Shown: positions 24,345 to 36,231 of the stretch, one piece after another
Layout of the letters: every line of letters starts with the position of its first letter
Numbering within the stretch: the first letter of the stretch is position 1
NCBI RefSeq assembly: GCF_001194135.2
Contig: NC_069004.1
Location: forward strand, 298,344 to 352,720
Length of the DNA stretch: 54,377 nucleotides
Reading direction: 5' to 3'
Source: Octopus bimaculoides
Lineage: Eukaryota
Position numbers and translations under genes: made by a program
The notes under the pieces: model-generated
What the model was told of the DNA's origin: nothing
Seen by the model: only the letters and a program-made list of their open reading frames with translations
The model's database searches: none

Positions 24345-25275
24345 TCATCATCATCCAGTGTTTTAAATCTAGGTTTTGTCCCCATTAACAGGTGTGGCCG
24401 GATCTACCACAATGCCATAGCAACCGCCCTCACACCATCTTACCATCTTGTCCTGTTTTGGGCATTCTCCTTTCTCAAGCCAACCCTCCCAATCTCCTCT
24501 TCCACCTGTCCCTTCCATGTCTTCCTTGGTCTACCTCGCTTTCGCAGTCCATTTACCTCTAGCCTAAGTACCCTCCTCAGAACATGCTCCTCATCCCTCC
24601 TCAACACATGCCCATACCACCTCAATCCATTCACCCTCACTAGCCATTCCACTGATTCCTCCAACCCCAGCATCCCCATCAACACCTCAGTCTTCCTCTT
24701 ATCAAACAGCTTCACACCACACATTTCTTTCGCCATTGCTCTCTTGCTCTTTCTCAGACACTATGTCTCACTCAGACACTATGTCTCACTCAGACACTAT
24801 GTCTCACTCAGACACTATGTCTCACTCAGACACTATGTCTCTCCCTCAGACACTATGTCTCTCTGTCAGACACTATGTCTCACTCAGACACTATGTCTCT
24901 CCGTCAGACACTATGTCTCACTCCNNNNNNNNNNNNNNNNNNNNNNNNNNNNNNNNNNNNNNNNNNNNNNNNNNNNNNNNNNNNNNNNNNNNNNNNNNNN
25001 NNNNNNNNNNNNNNNNNNNNNNNNTGTCAGACACTATGTCTCACTCAGACACTATGTCTCTCCGTCAGACACTATGTCTCACTCAGACACTATGTCTCTC
25101 CGTCAGACACTATGTCTCACTCCCATACAGCATTGCAGCTCTCACGCAACTCTTATAGACCCTTCCTTTCATCTTTAATGAGAACCTTTTCCAATATAAC
25201 AATGTCCCACATTCCCTGAACGTCACCCAATCAAGTCTCGCTATTGCTGTCACAGCTGCTTCACATCCACCACTT
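24345..25275 (-). mobile_element. RTE-clade LINE 3' fragment interrupted by a minisatellite
   Basis: GGCEAAVTA..RLDWVTFREC...KMKGRVYKSCVRAAMLYG, [array], MCGVKLFDKRKT...LRWYGHVLRR...RGRPRKTW; (GAT)n tail. Confidence 0.92.
24755..25121. repeat. 18-20-bp minisatellite (cagacactatgtctcact)n
   Basis: Direct; about 15 visible units around a 100-N gap; variants end in ctcact, ctctccgt, ctctccct and ctctctgt. Confidence 0.97.
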
Positions 25276-25445
25276 TCAGTTTCTATACATGAGTGGTCCC
25301 TAGACTGAGACCCCTACCATGATTTTTAAGAAATGTGGTAGAAAATTAGCTAAGGAAGGTAGGGATGCTACTCCCTGAGACTCCTTTTGGAGCCCCCTAC
25401 CCCTTTCGGAGCCTCCCTACCCCTTTCAGATCCCCTTTACTCAGC

Positions 25446-25479
<34 letters not shown>

Positions 25480-25725
25480 GCTGGTGGCATGTAAAAAGCG
25501 CCATCCAAACGTGATCATTGCCAGGCCTGCCTTACTGGCTCCTGTGTTGGCGGCATGTAAAAAGCACCCACTACACTCTCAGAGTGGTTGGCATTAGGAA
25601 GGGCATCCAGCTGTAGAAACTCCGCCAGACCAGATTGGAGCCTGGTGCAGCTGCTGGCTCTCCAGACCTCAGTCAAACCATCCAACTCATGCCCGCATGC
25701 AAAACAGACATTAATCTATGATGAT
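25480..25725 (+). mobile_element. Family B repeat
   Basis: ggcatgtaaaaagcacccactacactctc...gaagggcatccagctgtagaaac...atgatgatgat. Further copies at ~3555-3960, ~5232-5375, ~18225-18355, ~41060-41225, ~42565-42790 and ~47465-47750. Confidence 0.8.
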
Positions 25726-26126
25726 GATATATATGTATATATAGTTATGAATGTATATGTGTATGTATATAAACAAGATAAAGGATAAGAGAAACAATAT
25801 ATTTTATTCACAATGTTTTGTTTCAGTCTAATGACAAACAATCCTTAATCTTTATCCTAGCTGGAAGGGAATTATTAGGTCTTAAGAAGAAATGTTATGA
25901 AGTAAACAGACTTAAGAAAAAAAGGTTGTAAAACAACAATAAAACAAAAATAAAACAACTGTATCATTGTATAGAAAGAGGAGCAGTATATAATAGTGAA
26001 ATACACTTACCTCACACACACACCTATACTTACACATACACACAAGCAGAGACATATGCATATATATATTTATATATCTAAACATATATACACCTATCAG
26101 TCTCTCTCTCTCTTTATATATATATA

Positions 26127-26215
<89 letters not shown>

Positions 26216-27564
26216 ATGTATGTATATATATATATATATGCATATATATATATATACATACACACATGCATATACACATGAAACCTGCATACATGCACGT
26301 ACACAGACATACACACACGCTTACATACTCTCATATACACACACACATGCACACATGCGCATGCTCACACACATCCAACATCTTTGTTACAAAAGATGAA
26401 CAATTACATTATATCTGACATGTTCAGCTGTTACTTGCTCAAAATTATAATTTTCCCCTCTGGGTTCAGCTTAACCTCAAATTATGAAATAATCTGGTTG
26501 TTGTAGATGTTGTTTAGCTCGAGGTCAACCTCAGCAGTGCAAGCCTATAACAAAGATTATTCTGTTCATGCACATCCTGCCTTTTCTCACTAGATATCTA
26601 GGGCTATATTATCCAATGTATCTTTTAAGATGTTTGGGTTTAGCTTTCAGGCAGATTTGGTCATTATTTCTAACCGGTCAAATGACTGCACAAAAGATCC
26701 TTGATTGATTCTTGAAAAATAAGGAAGTGTCTTTTTTTTTTTTTTTTTTTTTTTTTTTCACTTGTTGAGTCTGGTGGAAGAGGTATTGCTCATGATCTTT
26801 GTAGGTTCTCTGAGTCCAGTGTGATTGATGCCATTAATGTTTTGTTTAAACTGTTGTGGATCAACAACCCCACCGTAAGGTCCTGTCCTTGTTGCAGTGT
26901 GGTTGCTTATATGACCCTGAGAGTTGTGCCAGCAGAGTGCAAGCTCGTTGTAAGGCACCACTGCTCAATGGGTCAAAGGGTAGAGGTCAGACTAATGTGG
27001 ACCATATCTTTCCAGAATTAAAAAGGTATTTGCATAGTGCCAACATCCCTACTAGAAAAATAGCAAAGCTATAAAAGCATTGACAACAATTCAAAGCCAA
27101 CAAGACTCCAGAGAGGAAGGTCTTCCTTGAGGAGAAACATATGATATAGTGCAGCGAAACCTGCAAGCATGTCATAAAAATAGCTTAATGTGAGACACTG
27201 AAAAAGAACTGGAAAGGCAGGGATTTAACTGGAGAAAAGCAGGAAAGACAACCTAGGGTCAAGAATAGTGGAGAAAGATTGTTGGTAGCCCATAAGGAGT
27301 GAAGGGCTTAAGGAAATAAAACAAGATTAATAGTTGCAAGAAAAACATGAGGTGGGAAAAGATTCCAGAGGACCAATCTTTTGGAGTAAGGGGGACCAGG
27401 CTTAAAGGGTAGTGCAGAATGGAGGGGCTTGGATATACCATGAGTCAGGATGTTTATCTCCCATAAAGTGTGGTGGTGGTGAGAAGAGGAAAAAAAAACA
27501 ATGAGTGAGGGAGAGAGAGAGAGAGAGAGAAAGTGGGGAACTGAAGAGTATAAAATGTAAATAA

Positions 27565-27995
27565 CATCATCATCATCATCGTTCAACGTCTGCTTTCCAT
27601 GCTAGCATGGGTTGGACGATTTGACTGAGGACTGGCAAACCAGATGGCTACACCAGGCTCCAATCTGATTTGGCAGATTTTCTACAGCTGGATGCCCTTC
27701 CTAACGCTAACCACTCCGAGAGTGTAGTGGGTGCTTTTATATGCCACCAGCACGAAGGCCTGTCAGGCGGTACTGGCAATGGCCACACTCAAAATGGTGT
27801 ATTTTACGTGCCACCTGCATAGGAGCCCGTCCAGTGGCACTGGCAATGACCTCGCTCGAATGTCTTTTCACGTGCCACCAGCACAAGTGCCAGGAAGACG
27901 ACGCTGGTAACGATCACGCTCAAATGGTGCTATTTACATGCCACTGGCACGGAAGCCAGACAGCTGCTCTGGCAATGATCACGCTCGGATGGTTT
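27565..27995 (-). mobile_element. Family B repeat with repeated internal tggcacgtaaaa modules
   Basis: Near-identical to 23308-23480, then four ttt(t)a(c/t)(g/a)tgcca modules with variable spacers. Confidence 0.8.
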
Positions 27996-28414
27996 CACCT
28001 ATATTATATATATTTAATATACATATTGTATACATTTATACATGTTACATATTTGTTGTGTACATGTTGCAGACATGTACATGTGTTGTATACATGTTAT
28101 ATTTTGTGTATATGTTGTTCATATGTTAAATATATCATGTTTGTTGCTTAACAGTTTGGCTTCTCAATTTGCCTTCTATTCTGAAATTTCTCCACTGTTC
28201 TAGAATTCTGTTATTTACTGTAATTTAACAAAGATATCTAACATCATCTCTTAGGCACAAACTTTTGTGGTGGTGGTGGTGGTGGTGGGGAGCAGTTGAT
28301 TATATTCCCCCCACCCCTGCCACAGAAGACTAAGTTGTAAATCAGCATAATTAACGTAATTTAAACTAAGAATGTAAGCATATACTAATAAGTATCAAAA
28401 TATCACATATAGGT

Positions 28415-28860
28415 AGCACAAGTGTGGTGGAGTGGCAAGAAGTTTGTTTCCCAACCACATGGTTCTGGGTTTGGTCCCCTTGGCTGGAAGCTTACATAGG
28501 TGTCTTCTATTATAGCTCCAGACCAACCAAAGCCTTGTGAATGGATTTGCTTGATGAAAACTGAAAGAAGCCCCTTGTATATGAATATATTTATGTGTGT
28601 GTGTGTGAGGGTGTGTATGTATGTGTGTGTGTGTACCTTTGTATTTATATTTGTTCACCACCACCACCACCACCACCACTTGACAATCAGTGTTGTTTTG
28701 TTTACATCCCTGTAACTTGGTGGTTTAACAAAAACTGACTGATAGAATAAGTACCAGGATCAAAAAAATAAGTGCTACAGTTGATTTGTTCAACTATACC
28801 CTTCAAAGTGATGCCCCAACAAGGCCACAGTCTAATGACTGAAACAAGTAAAAGATAGAA
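28415..28860 (+). mobile_element. Family A SINE immediately upstream of the giant-exon acceptor
   Basis: Head, TG/CAC internal repeat and tail atgactgaaacaagtaaaaga. Confidence 0.8.
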
Positions 28861-28975
28861 TATAAAAGATAAGAGATAATAATTCACATAAAGTTTAAGA
28901 AAATAAGGAAAATCAATTATTTTAATTTTTTTTTTTTTTTGCTTTGTTTCTTTCAGAAAATCTATTATTGTGAAA

Positions 28976-31900
28976 ATGGGGCAGAATTTATCAACACTTC
29001 AGATAGTCCCTGTTCAGCCTGCTGGAAGAAGAAGGCATCCCATTTCAAGACAATATCATATTCCACATCAAATCCACAGCTTTCTGGTACCAGAAAACAA
29101 AGTTTTGCCGAAAGAAATTACTCACCGCAAACTTCGTCCAGTTTCTGTGCAGCTTGCAGCAAAAAATTCTGATTTTGCATCAATCTGGGGAAATCCGGTC
29201 ACGGTACTTGATGAACAAATTCGTTCAAGAATCGAAGGTTTGCAAAAAGGCTCTCCGGAAAATCACACTAAAAGTTTGGCAAACAAAACAAGGAATGAAA
29301 TAATTAACCATTCTCACTTAAGTGAGCAGGGTTGCAGTGGAGAGTCTTTATTAGATGCAAATGAAACAAATGATAATCCAAATATTAGTAAAAAAGAAAT
29401 ATTACCAGAAAATAGCCAGAAAAAAGAGACAGAAATGGATAATTTGAAAGAAGGGAATAACTTTCAATTATTTCAACCAATGAATCTGTACAAAATATCC
29501 AGAACACAAACAAAGAGTTCAGAAATGATGCCATCAGAGCAACAAATGAAATATTTACCTTCAAATGAAATTTCAAATCATTTACCATATTCAGATTATC
29601 AGACCAAGACATCATCAGTTTTTTATTCGACAGCTAACAATGTGAATAACCTGAAAAACAAGGCACCAATTGCTTCTTTGCCACAAAAGAGCAGTTTCCC
29701 AGTGGACCAATGTTATTCTCTTACATATGCACAGATGGCTGAAATTCGCCGACAGAAACATTCCAACATGCCTACACATGAGAATAATTCTATTTCTCCA
29801 AATCTTCAGCCTCAAGCAAAACCATTGAATGTATTAGGTTCTGAAAGTAATAATTGCAACAGGAATCGTCAAAAGAAACGTCAGGCTCCTCTCCCACCTC
29901 CACATGCAAATAAGTCTATTGGTCAACCAGTGAACTCACTGTTTACATCTGACACAGGAACCTGTGACAATAGTCAAAATGTCTCTTCAAAGTCTTCATG
30001 CCAGATTATCCCCTTTACAGCTAAAACTGATCATGAAAAGTGTACTTTTCAAACACAAAATCTTGGCATATCAAATCCATCAATGATATCTCAATTTAGC
30101 TGTAAACCCAAAGTAGAAGTTATATCTGAAACTAACAATTTCCAGTCAGCAGGAAAAAACTCAGATCAAAGCTTTTCTGAGACCAGAATTATTTCTGATA
30201 ATGTTATTTTAATGAAACAAACAAAAAGTAACTTTCATGAAAACTTGACTGACATGGACTCACCTGGTGATCGTTGTTTAAGTAAAACAAACCAACACAC
30301 TAACCAACAGCATATCTGGCAGAAAAGACTTAACTGTAAGGTTTCTAATGAGTTTAAATCAGCACCAGGTGTAACCAGGAGTGATTTCCACACCAGGTAC
30401 ATCAATTTCGGTTCCTCAAATCAACAAAATCAACATGATAATCACAGGAAGTCCCTACAGTCAGATAATGTTTACAATGTTCAACCATACTCAAGACCCT
30501 ATGTCCTAACCCCATCAGGTACCATGCTGACCTCTTGCCCAGTGGTCATAAATGATTCTTCCCAAACCAATCATGTTAATGCAACAAATGCACAGAGTAA
30601 GGCTGAAGTTCAGTTTTCTGAAAAAACTAAAAAAAAACAATATTTTTCTCCATGGAACAATAATTGCAATCTTCCTTCAAACAATCAGCATTACTCTTCA
30701 AATAATCTACAGGCGAATGATGAATCTTCGAGAGTAAGTGAGACTTCAGATAAAACATATCCTTCACTTTTAAAACTTTCTATATCAACATGCCATACAA
30801 CACCTAAATATTTTTCATCCAAAAGTGACCTGACTAATACAACAAATTCTATGGCATCTTTTGAACTTGATAGTGATACCTACCAAAGATATGGATCATT
30901 GGCATCTTCAGCTTCTTTGGATCGGTCAAAAGGCTTTAGTCTGGCCACTGCAGAAGAAATGAAAATGTCACAGACTTCGGAATATACACAAAATGTTTGT
31001 TCTGCTATACCTTGCAATCAACAAACAAGCGAGATAAAGACAAACAGGGAGGTAAGTCCAGATCACAATGTTCTTTCCTTTCCAAAGGTAGATTCTGGTA
31101 ATGGTGCTGAGAGATGTCAAGAAACTAGACAAATGGAATTTCGATTTGCACCTGAACTGAACCAAGCGTTCACAGAAAGAGATAGTTACATGAGAGAGAA
31201 TTGGCAGTTGAGAGAACCATTACAAACAGTCAATTCTCTTGTTGAAACCAACGCTATGGAATTCTCAAAGCCTAAATCAGCAGCTCCACCCCCACCCCCA
31301 CNNNNNNNNNNNNNNNNNNNNNNNNNNNNNNNNNNNNNNNNNNNNNNNNNNNNNNNNNNNNNNNNNNNNNNNNNNNNNNNNNNNNNNNNNNNNNNNNNNN
31401 NNNNNNNNNNNNNNNNNNNNNNNNNNNNNNNNNNCCACCACCACCACCACCATCATCATTAGGCAGAACATTAAATTACTGTCCCCCTCTTCAAAGAGAA
31501 TTAATAGACCAAAGCAGGCAAAATTCTCTCCCTAGCAGCATTTCTAAGACAACCATTTCATCCAACATTATGAAAGGACTAGAAGCAATCTTCAAAGAAG
31601 ACATCATAGAAGCTCGGAATAGCTTAAGATCAACGAAAAAGCAAGAGAACTCTGATTCTGTAAAACCTATGAAAAAAGATCTGCATGATGCCTTCTATTA
31701 TGAACTGACACAGACATGTTTGACCAGACAGAAAAGATGGCAGGAAGAAAAGTTTAGCAAATTACCAAACAGCAAAAACCAAATTTTGGGTAATGTTGTG
31801 GATAAAACCAAAAAACATACAGAAGACTTACTGGATAAAAATGCAGCAGAAAAATTTAATAAACTATCTGCAAACAATTCCTTCAACTCAAATTCTTCAG

Positions 31901-33506
31901 AAAATCTTAAAATCAATGGAGATTTTAAAAATCACACATCTTTAAACCAACCCAAGCAGCCTAATTTGAAAAGCGAAACGCAGAAAGGAACTGACTCTGC
32001 AAGATCAACAAATGACTGGACTCCAATGCAAGATCTTGAAGATTCAGAAAATTCTGATACAGAGAGTTCTGTGAAAAATTCTCAAAGAAACAGCACAACT
32101 GGTTTTAAATGTAGTCTTATTCCTGAAAATATAAAATATCTAAATAACACAAAGGAATTTTATAGCAGAAACTGTCCCAAGCCAGAATATGATGTCACAA
32201 AGCATTCTTTCACTTGGAAGAATGAACAAAGCTTCATTAAGTCAAATTCAAATAAATCCAAAAATGGTAAAGAACCCAACCCTAAAACATGTGAAGTATC
32301 TGAAAATATTGGTTGGGATAAATCGAGTGCAATGAAAAGTAATTCAAAATATAAAAATGGAATAGACTTTGATTATTTGGAAAAGAAAACTGGTAGAATG
32401 TCAGAGCAACATCATTTAGGCAGAGTTAAGCATGAGGGAGAGAAAGAAAAAGAAAATGATAGTCAAAGAGGATGGAATGTTTGGAAAAAGCAGAAGAAAT
32501 TTCCCAAAGAATCTACTGTAAATACGAATGAAAAGCAGCAACTTAAGGTGACAGAATCACAAATTAGCCAAAAGGAAGAAGATATGGAAAAAGAAAGACT
32601 GAATCAAATGGAAATAGAATCTGAATTCCTGAAGAAACGGTCAAATCAGAGATTGGTAATGGGTAATTGGAAGAATAAATTAACAAAAGTTACTAAACAG
32701 TCATTAGCAGGAATGTATGATTTGGAAGAGAATAGAAAGAACTACACTAATAATGATGAAAAAGAAGCTGGATTCAATGAAGACATTACAAAATGCAATA
32801 AGAACACAAGGAAAGAGAATGAGAAAGTAAATTCTAAGAATGAAGTGAACTTTGATAAAACAAGAGCTCAGCTTCAGGAAAACTCAACTTCACTGAACGG
32901 GAGTGCACAGAATCACACCCAATACAGTGAATCTGTAGTTTCTAATAATGAGGGACTAATAAATGATATTCTTTTGAAACCCCAAATTGAAAAACAAAAT
33001 GCAAGCATTTATTTCCCAAATTCTTTAGCACCAAATTATGTCCCAAATCCATTTTTAGGTATATCATCCAACTATTTTGGTACCTCCTATCTCAATGAAT
33101 ATCTGAAGTTAGTTGGTATTGGGCAACCATTTCTACCAATGAACCTTACATATCATAATATTCCTGGATATTTAGGAACTAGTTACAACATGATGCCACA
33201 GGCAACCGATATATATGAAGGTCCAAATTTTGTGAATCCTTTGCCATTTTTACCTTCAGTCTTCAATAATTTCTCAGCTATGAGTGAGTCAAAATCCAAA
33301 GATGTACAGAACCCAGTCTACACAAGTGACAGTGATGATGCTGATTCATTGTACCAATCTCCAGGAACCTATACAGACCAAATGAGTAACTGGAGTTCAG
33401 ACAATAGCAAGAGTATCCAAACAGAAGATCTAGACAATTCTGACAGTACGCAGTCTTCTGATGTTTACATGTTTCAAGCAAATAAAGAACGAGACGAGGG
33501 TTTTGA
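28976..33506 (+). CDS. Giant coding exon (exon from 28957) of an uncharacterised ~1,530-aa low-complexity N/S/K/E-rich protein
   Basis: Acceptor (T)n-gctttgtttctttcag ends at 28956. ATG at 28976 is in strong context (aaaATGg). The frame is open to the N gap 31302-31434 inside a CCA/CCC poly-Pro run. After the gap, the frame PPPPPPSSLGRTLNYCPPLQRELIDQ...SNI-MKGLEAIF joins ORF 31570-33510 with no stop, so only the estimated gap length shifts the frame. Donor GA|GTAAGT at 33506/33507. Confidence 0.85.
31302..31434. other. Assembly gap inside the poly-proline tract of the giant exon
   Basis: 133 N flanked by ccacccccac and ccaccacca. Other gaps: 5456-5556, 9256-9502, 15459-15969, 16976-17131, 22170-22608, 23654-24067, 24925-25024, 52962-53041 (approximate). 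Confidence 0.98.
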
Positions 33507-34933
33507 GTAAGTAGATTTCAATTGTTTTAGGAATGTTGGGTGGAGTGAGGTAGAAAGTATAGGTGGAAGTAAAAAGACAAAACAAAATTTCAGTAGGAGT
33601 CAGTCCAAATTAATTTCTTTAGTTATTATTTTTGGTGGGGGGGTGGGGGTTCGTTTCTTAGACTCAAGTCAACTCTGATGAAGTAAACTTAAAATCAGAA
33701 GAATTCAAGCCAGGATAATCCTATCTTTTTAGGGATTATCTAATATTACATTATCCAGTATGTCCTTTGTAGTTTTAGGGTGTCATTTAATGGAAATTTG
33801 TCTCCTATTTTTAGCAGTTTGAGCTACAACATACAAGGTCTTTCATTGGTCTGACTACCATCCAGAAATGGTTATAACTCAGAAAAGAAAAATGGAAAGC
33901 AGCTTCGTTTTATCCACTGGTTTCTTAAAATAAACTTTTTAATTGAATGACAAGAATATAATAATGATTAAACATTAATTATTTCTGCTTATTTTATCAA
34001 GATTCAAATTATATATTAATAGAATAAAGTCTTTCTTATTCTTTTTAAATGATGAAGATTTTCAATTGGTTTGATGCAGACAAAATCAATGTCTGTAAAA
34101 AGTTTACTTTCCAACCACACGGTTCTGGGCAAGTGTCTTCTGCTACATTCATTCATTTTTGTGGTTTTATTTATACTATCAACAATTGTAATGACTTCAT
34201 TTTTATTATTTAAAAAAAAATTATGTAATTTAAAAGAGTAAAATATTCTTTTTGCTATTCAAATACAGTTTGAATATTTAGTGATTATACAAATAGAGAT
34301 AATTAATGTTTAATCGCTAAGATATTCTTATCTTTAAACTAAGCGACACCTCTTTATATAAGATATTTAGAGGAGGAAGAGCAATGAGTGGGCTTCACCA
34401 TTTTAAAACCTCTCCCACTGCTCAGGTTCTGAATTACATCACCAACTGGAATGAGACGACTGGGCACAGCTGTTTGGATACTGGAGATTTGACATGGCTA
34501 ACTGGGAATTGAATCTGTTTTGGCAACAGTACTTTTTGGCACTAGAGGTAAACATACATGCACATGCATGCAGAAATATACAAAGACAATGCAAGAGAGA
34601 GAGAACGACAGAAACATTTAAACAAGAGAAACAAATAAAATCAATGTTGAACTAGCGGTGCCAAAATAGGTGGCACCACCTAAATAATTGAGCTAAAATG
34701 TTTAATTTTTATGAGTGCTGTGCTTTATAAGGTTAAATCGAACATTCCTCTGAAAAAGACTCCAGTCCATTGCAGAAGATGTTTAATACGTATCATCAAT
34801 TTCAGTAGGGATCCAAGAATTAGACACAAAAATTATCTTCTGAATTTTTTTATACATTTATTTACCATTTTCAATGTTTTAATTATTTCATTTATATATG
34901 TATTGTTGTTTATTAAACTACTGAATTATTTTT

Positions 34934-35002
34934 ATAATCTATTTCTTATATTTTTTATAATCTATTTCCTATATTTTTTATAATCTATTTCTTATATTTT
35001 TT
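34934..35002. repeat. Three tandem 23-bp units (ataatctatttcttatatttttt) directly upstream of the last-exon acceptor
   Basis: Units at 34934, 34957 and 34980, with one substitution in unit 2. Confidence 0.92.
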
Positions 35003-35017
35003 ACTTTACTGCAACAG

Positions 35018-35096
35018 TTCAGGAAATGCTTTCTCATCAGAATTTGAAACAATGACCTCTCAAATGAAGTACTCAAAACTGGAAGAACTAAGCTGA
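35018..35096 (+). CDS. Predicted terminal coding exon of the giant-exon gene: (D)SGNAFSSEFETMTSQMKYSKLEELS*
   Basis: Acceptor ttttttactttactgcaacag ends at 35017. The phase-2 join GA+T gives ...DEGFD-SGNAF. Open to TGA at 35094-35096. ATTAAA at 35312. Confidence 0.65.
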
Positions 35097-35952
35097 GCCA
35101 TTGTCAATCATCAGTCATAAGTTTTCATTAATCACCATCTTCACTGATTGTTGCTGTTGTCACATTTAAAATCTTCACCTCTAAACTTTTAAATATGGCA
35201 ATAACTGTTTTTTTAAATAATGCTATATATCACACAGTTGTATTTATAAATGTATATGTAAAATATAAATGTATCTTTATTCAACTTTTACAAGGAAAAG
35301 ATTGATAATGAATTAAAAGTTTTAGTTGGTTCATCTTTGTCAGGAAAAAAAGAAATCAGGATTCATAAAGCTATTTCCTGAGTCTTGTGAGGATGGGGGT
35401 CAGTTATCTGGATTCTGTGGTATATATATTCCTCCTGGGATAGAATGCCAGTTCATTGCAGAAATACTCATTTTTGCCAATTGATTGTACAATGAAATGA
35501 AGTGTTTTGCTCAAGAACACAACACATCGCCAAGTTCAGGAATTGAAACCACAATCTCACAATCATGAATCCAACACCCTAACCACTCAGCCATGCACCA
35601 TCACTTTGACAGTAATCCGTCAGTTTAATGCTAAATTGTTTTTATATAGAACCTGACATAAAACCAATATGTGTGGATGTGTGTCTTCATATGTGTCCTT
35701 GTGTGAAGTAAAGTGTGTGTGTGTGTATATGGTCATGTGTTTCAGTCTCCATTTGCGTATGTGTGCTTGTCTGTTCATATAACCTATGTACCTATCCGTC
35801 AGTATGTTGGTCTCTTTATTTTCATGTCCATATGCTTACATACGTGTGCATATACACATACATATATACATCCACCCACACACACACATACTTACATCTA
35901 TCTACACAACAGCCCACTAACTAAAGAATCTTGCAAACCTAATCCAAAAACG

Positions 35953-36068
<116 letters not shown>

Positions 36069-36199
36069 AAAGAAGAACACAAGTGGAGTTTGATACTCAC
36101 AACAGCTGCTTCATCAACGTTTTATTGATGCATGTTTAGATTACATCATGATGGAAGTTCAACAATGGGGATAAGCTTGAAAACGGGAGTAGAATATAG

Positions 36200-36229
<30 letters not shown>

Positions 36230-36231
<2 letters not shown>

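Noticed and set aside
24755-25121. Regular short repeats resembling a CRISPR array (also 41386-41652)
   Set aside because: There are no unique spacers, no cas genes, and the context is eukaryotic; both are tandem repeats inside retroelements.
28976-28996. MGQNLST is identical to the start of hepatitis B virus preS1 as I recall it
   Set aside because: The match is only 7 residues with no further similarity; best explained as convergence on a myristoylation motif, not an endogenous viral element.
31302-31462. Apparent frameshift and stop making the giant ORF a pseudogene or two genes
   Set aside because: The shift falls in an estimated-length N gap, and the downstream frame is open from the gap edge.
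28957-33506. Orthology to CCDC110, which I recall as the large-exon tail-to-tail neighbour of human C4orf47
   Set aside because: I see no long coiled-coil pattern or recognisable sequence similarity; neighbourhood alone is insufficient.
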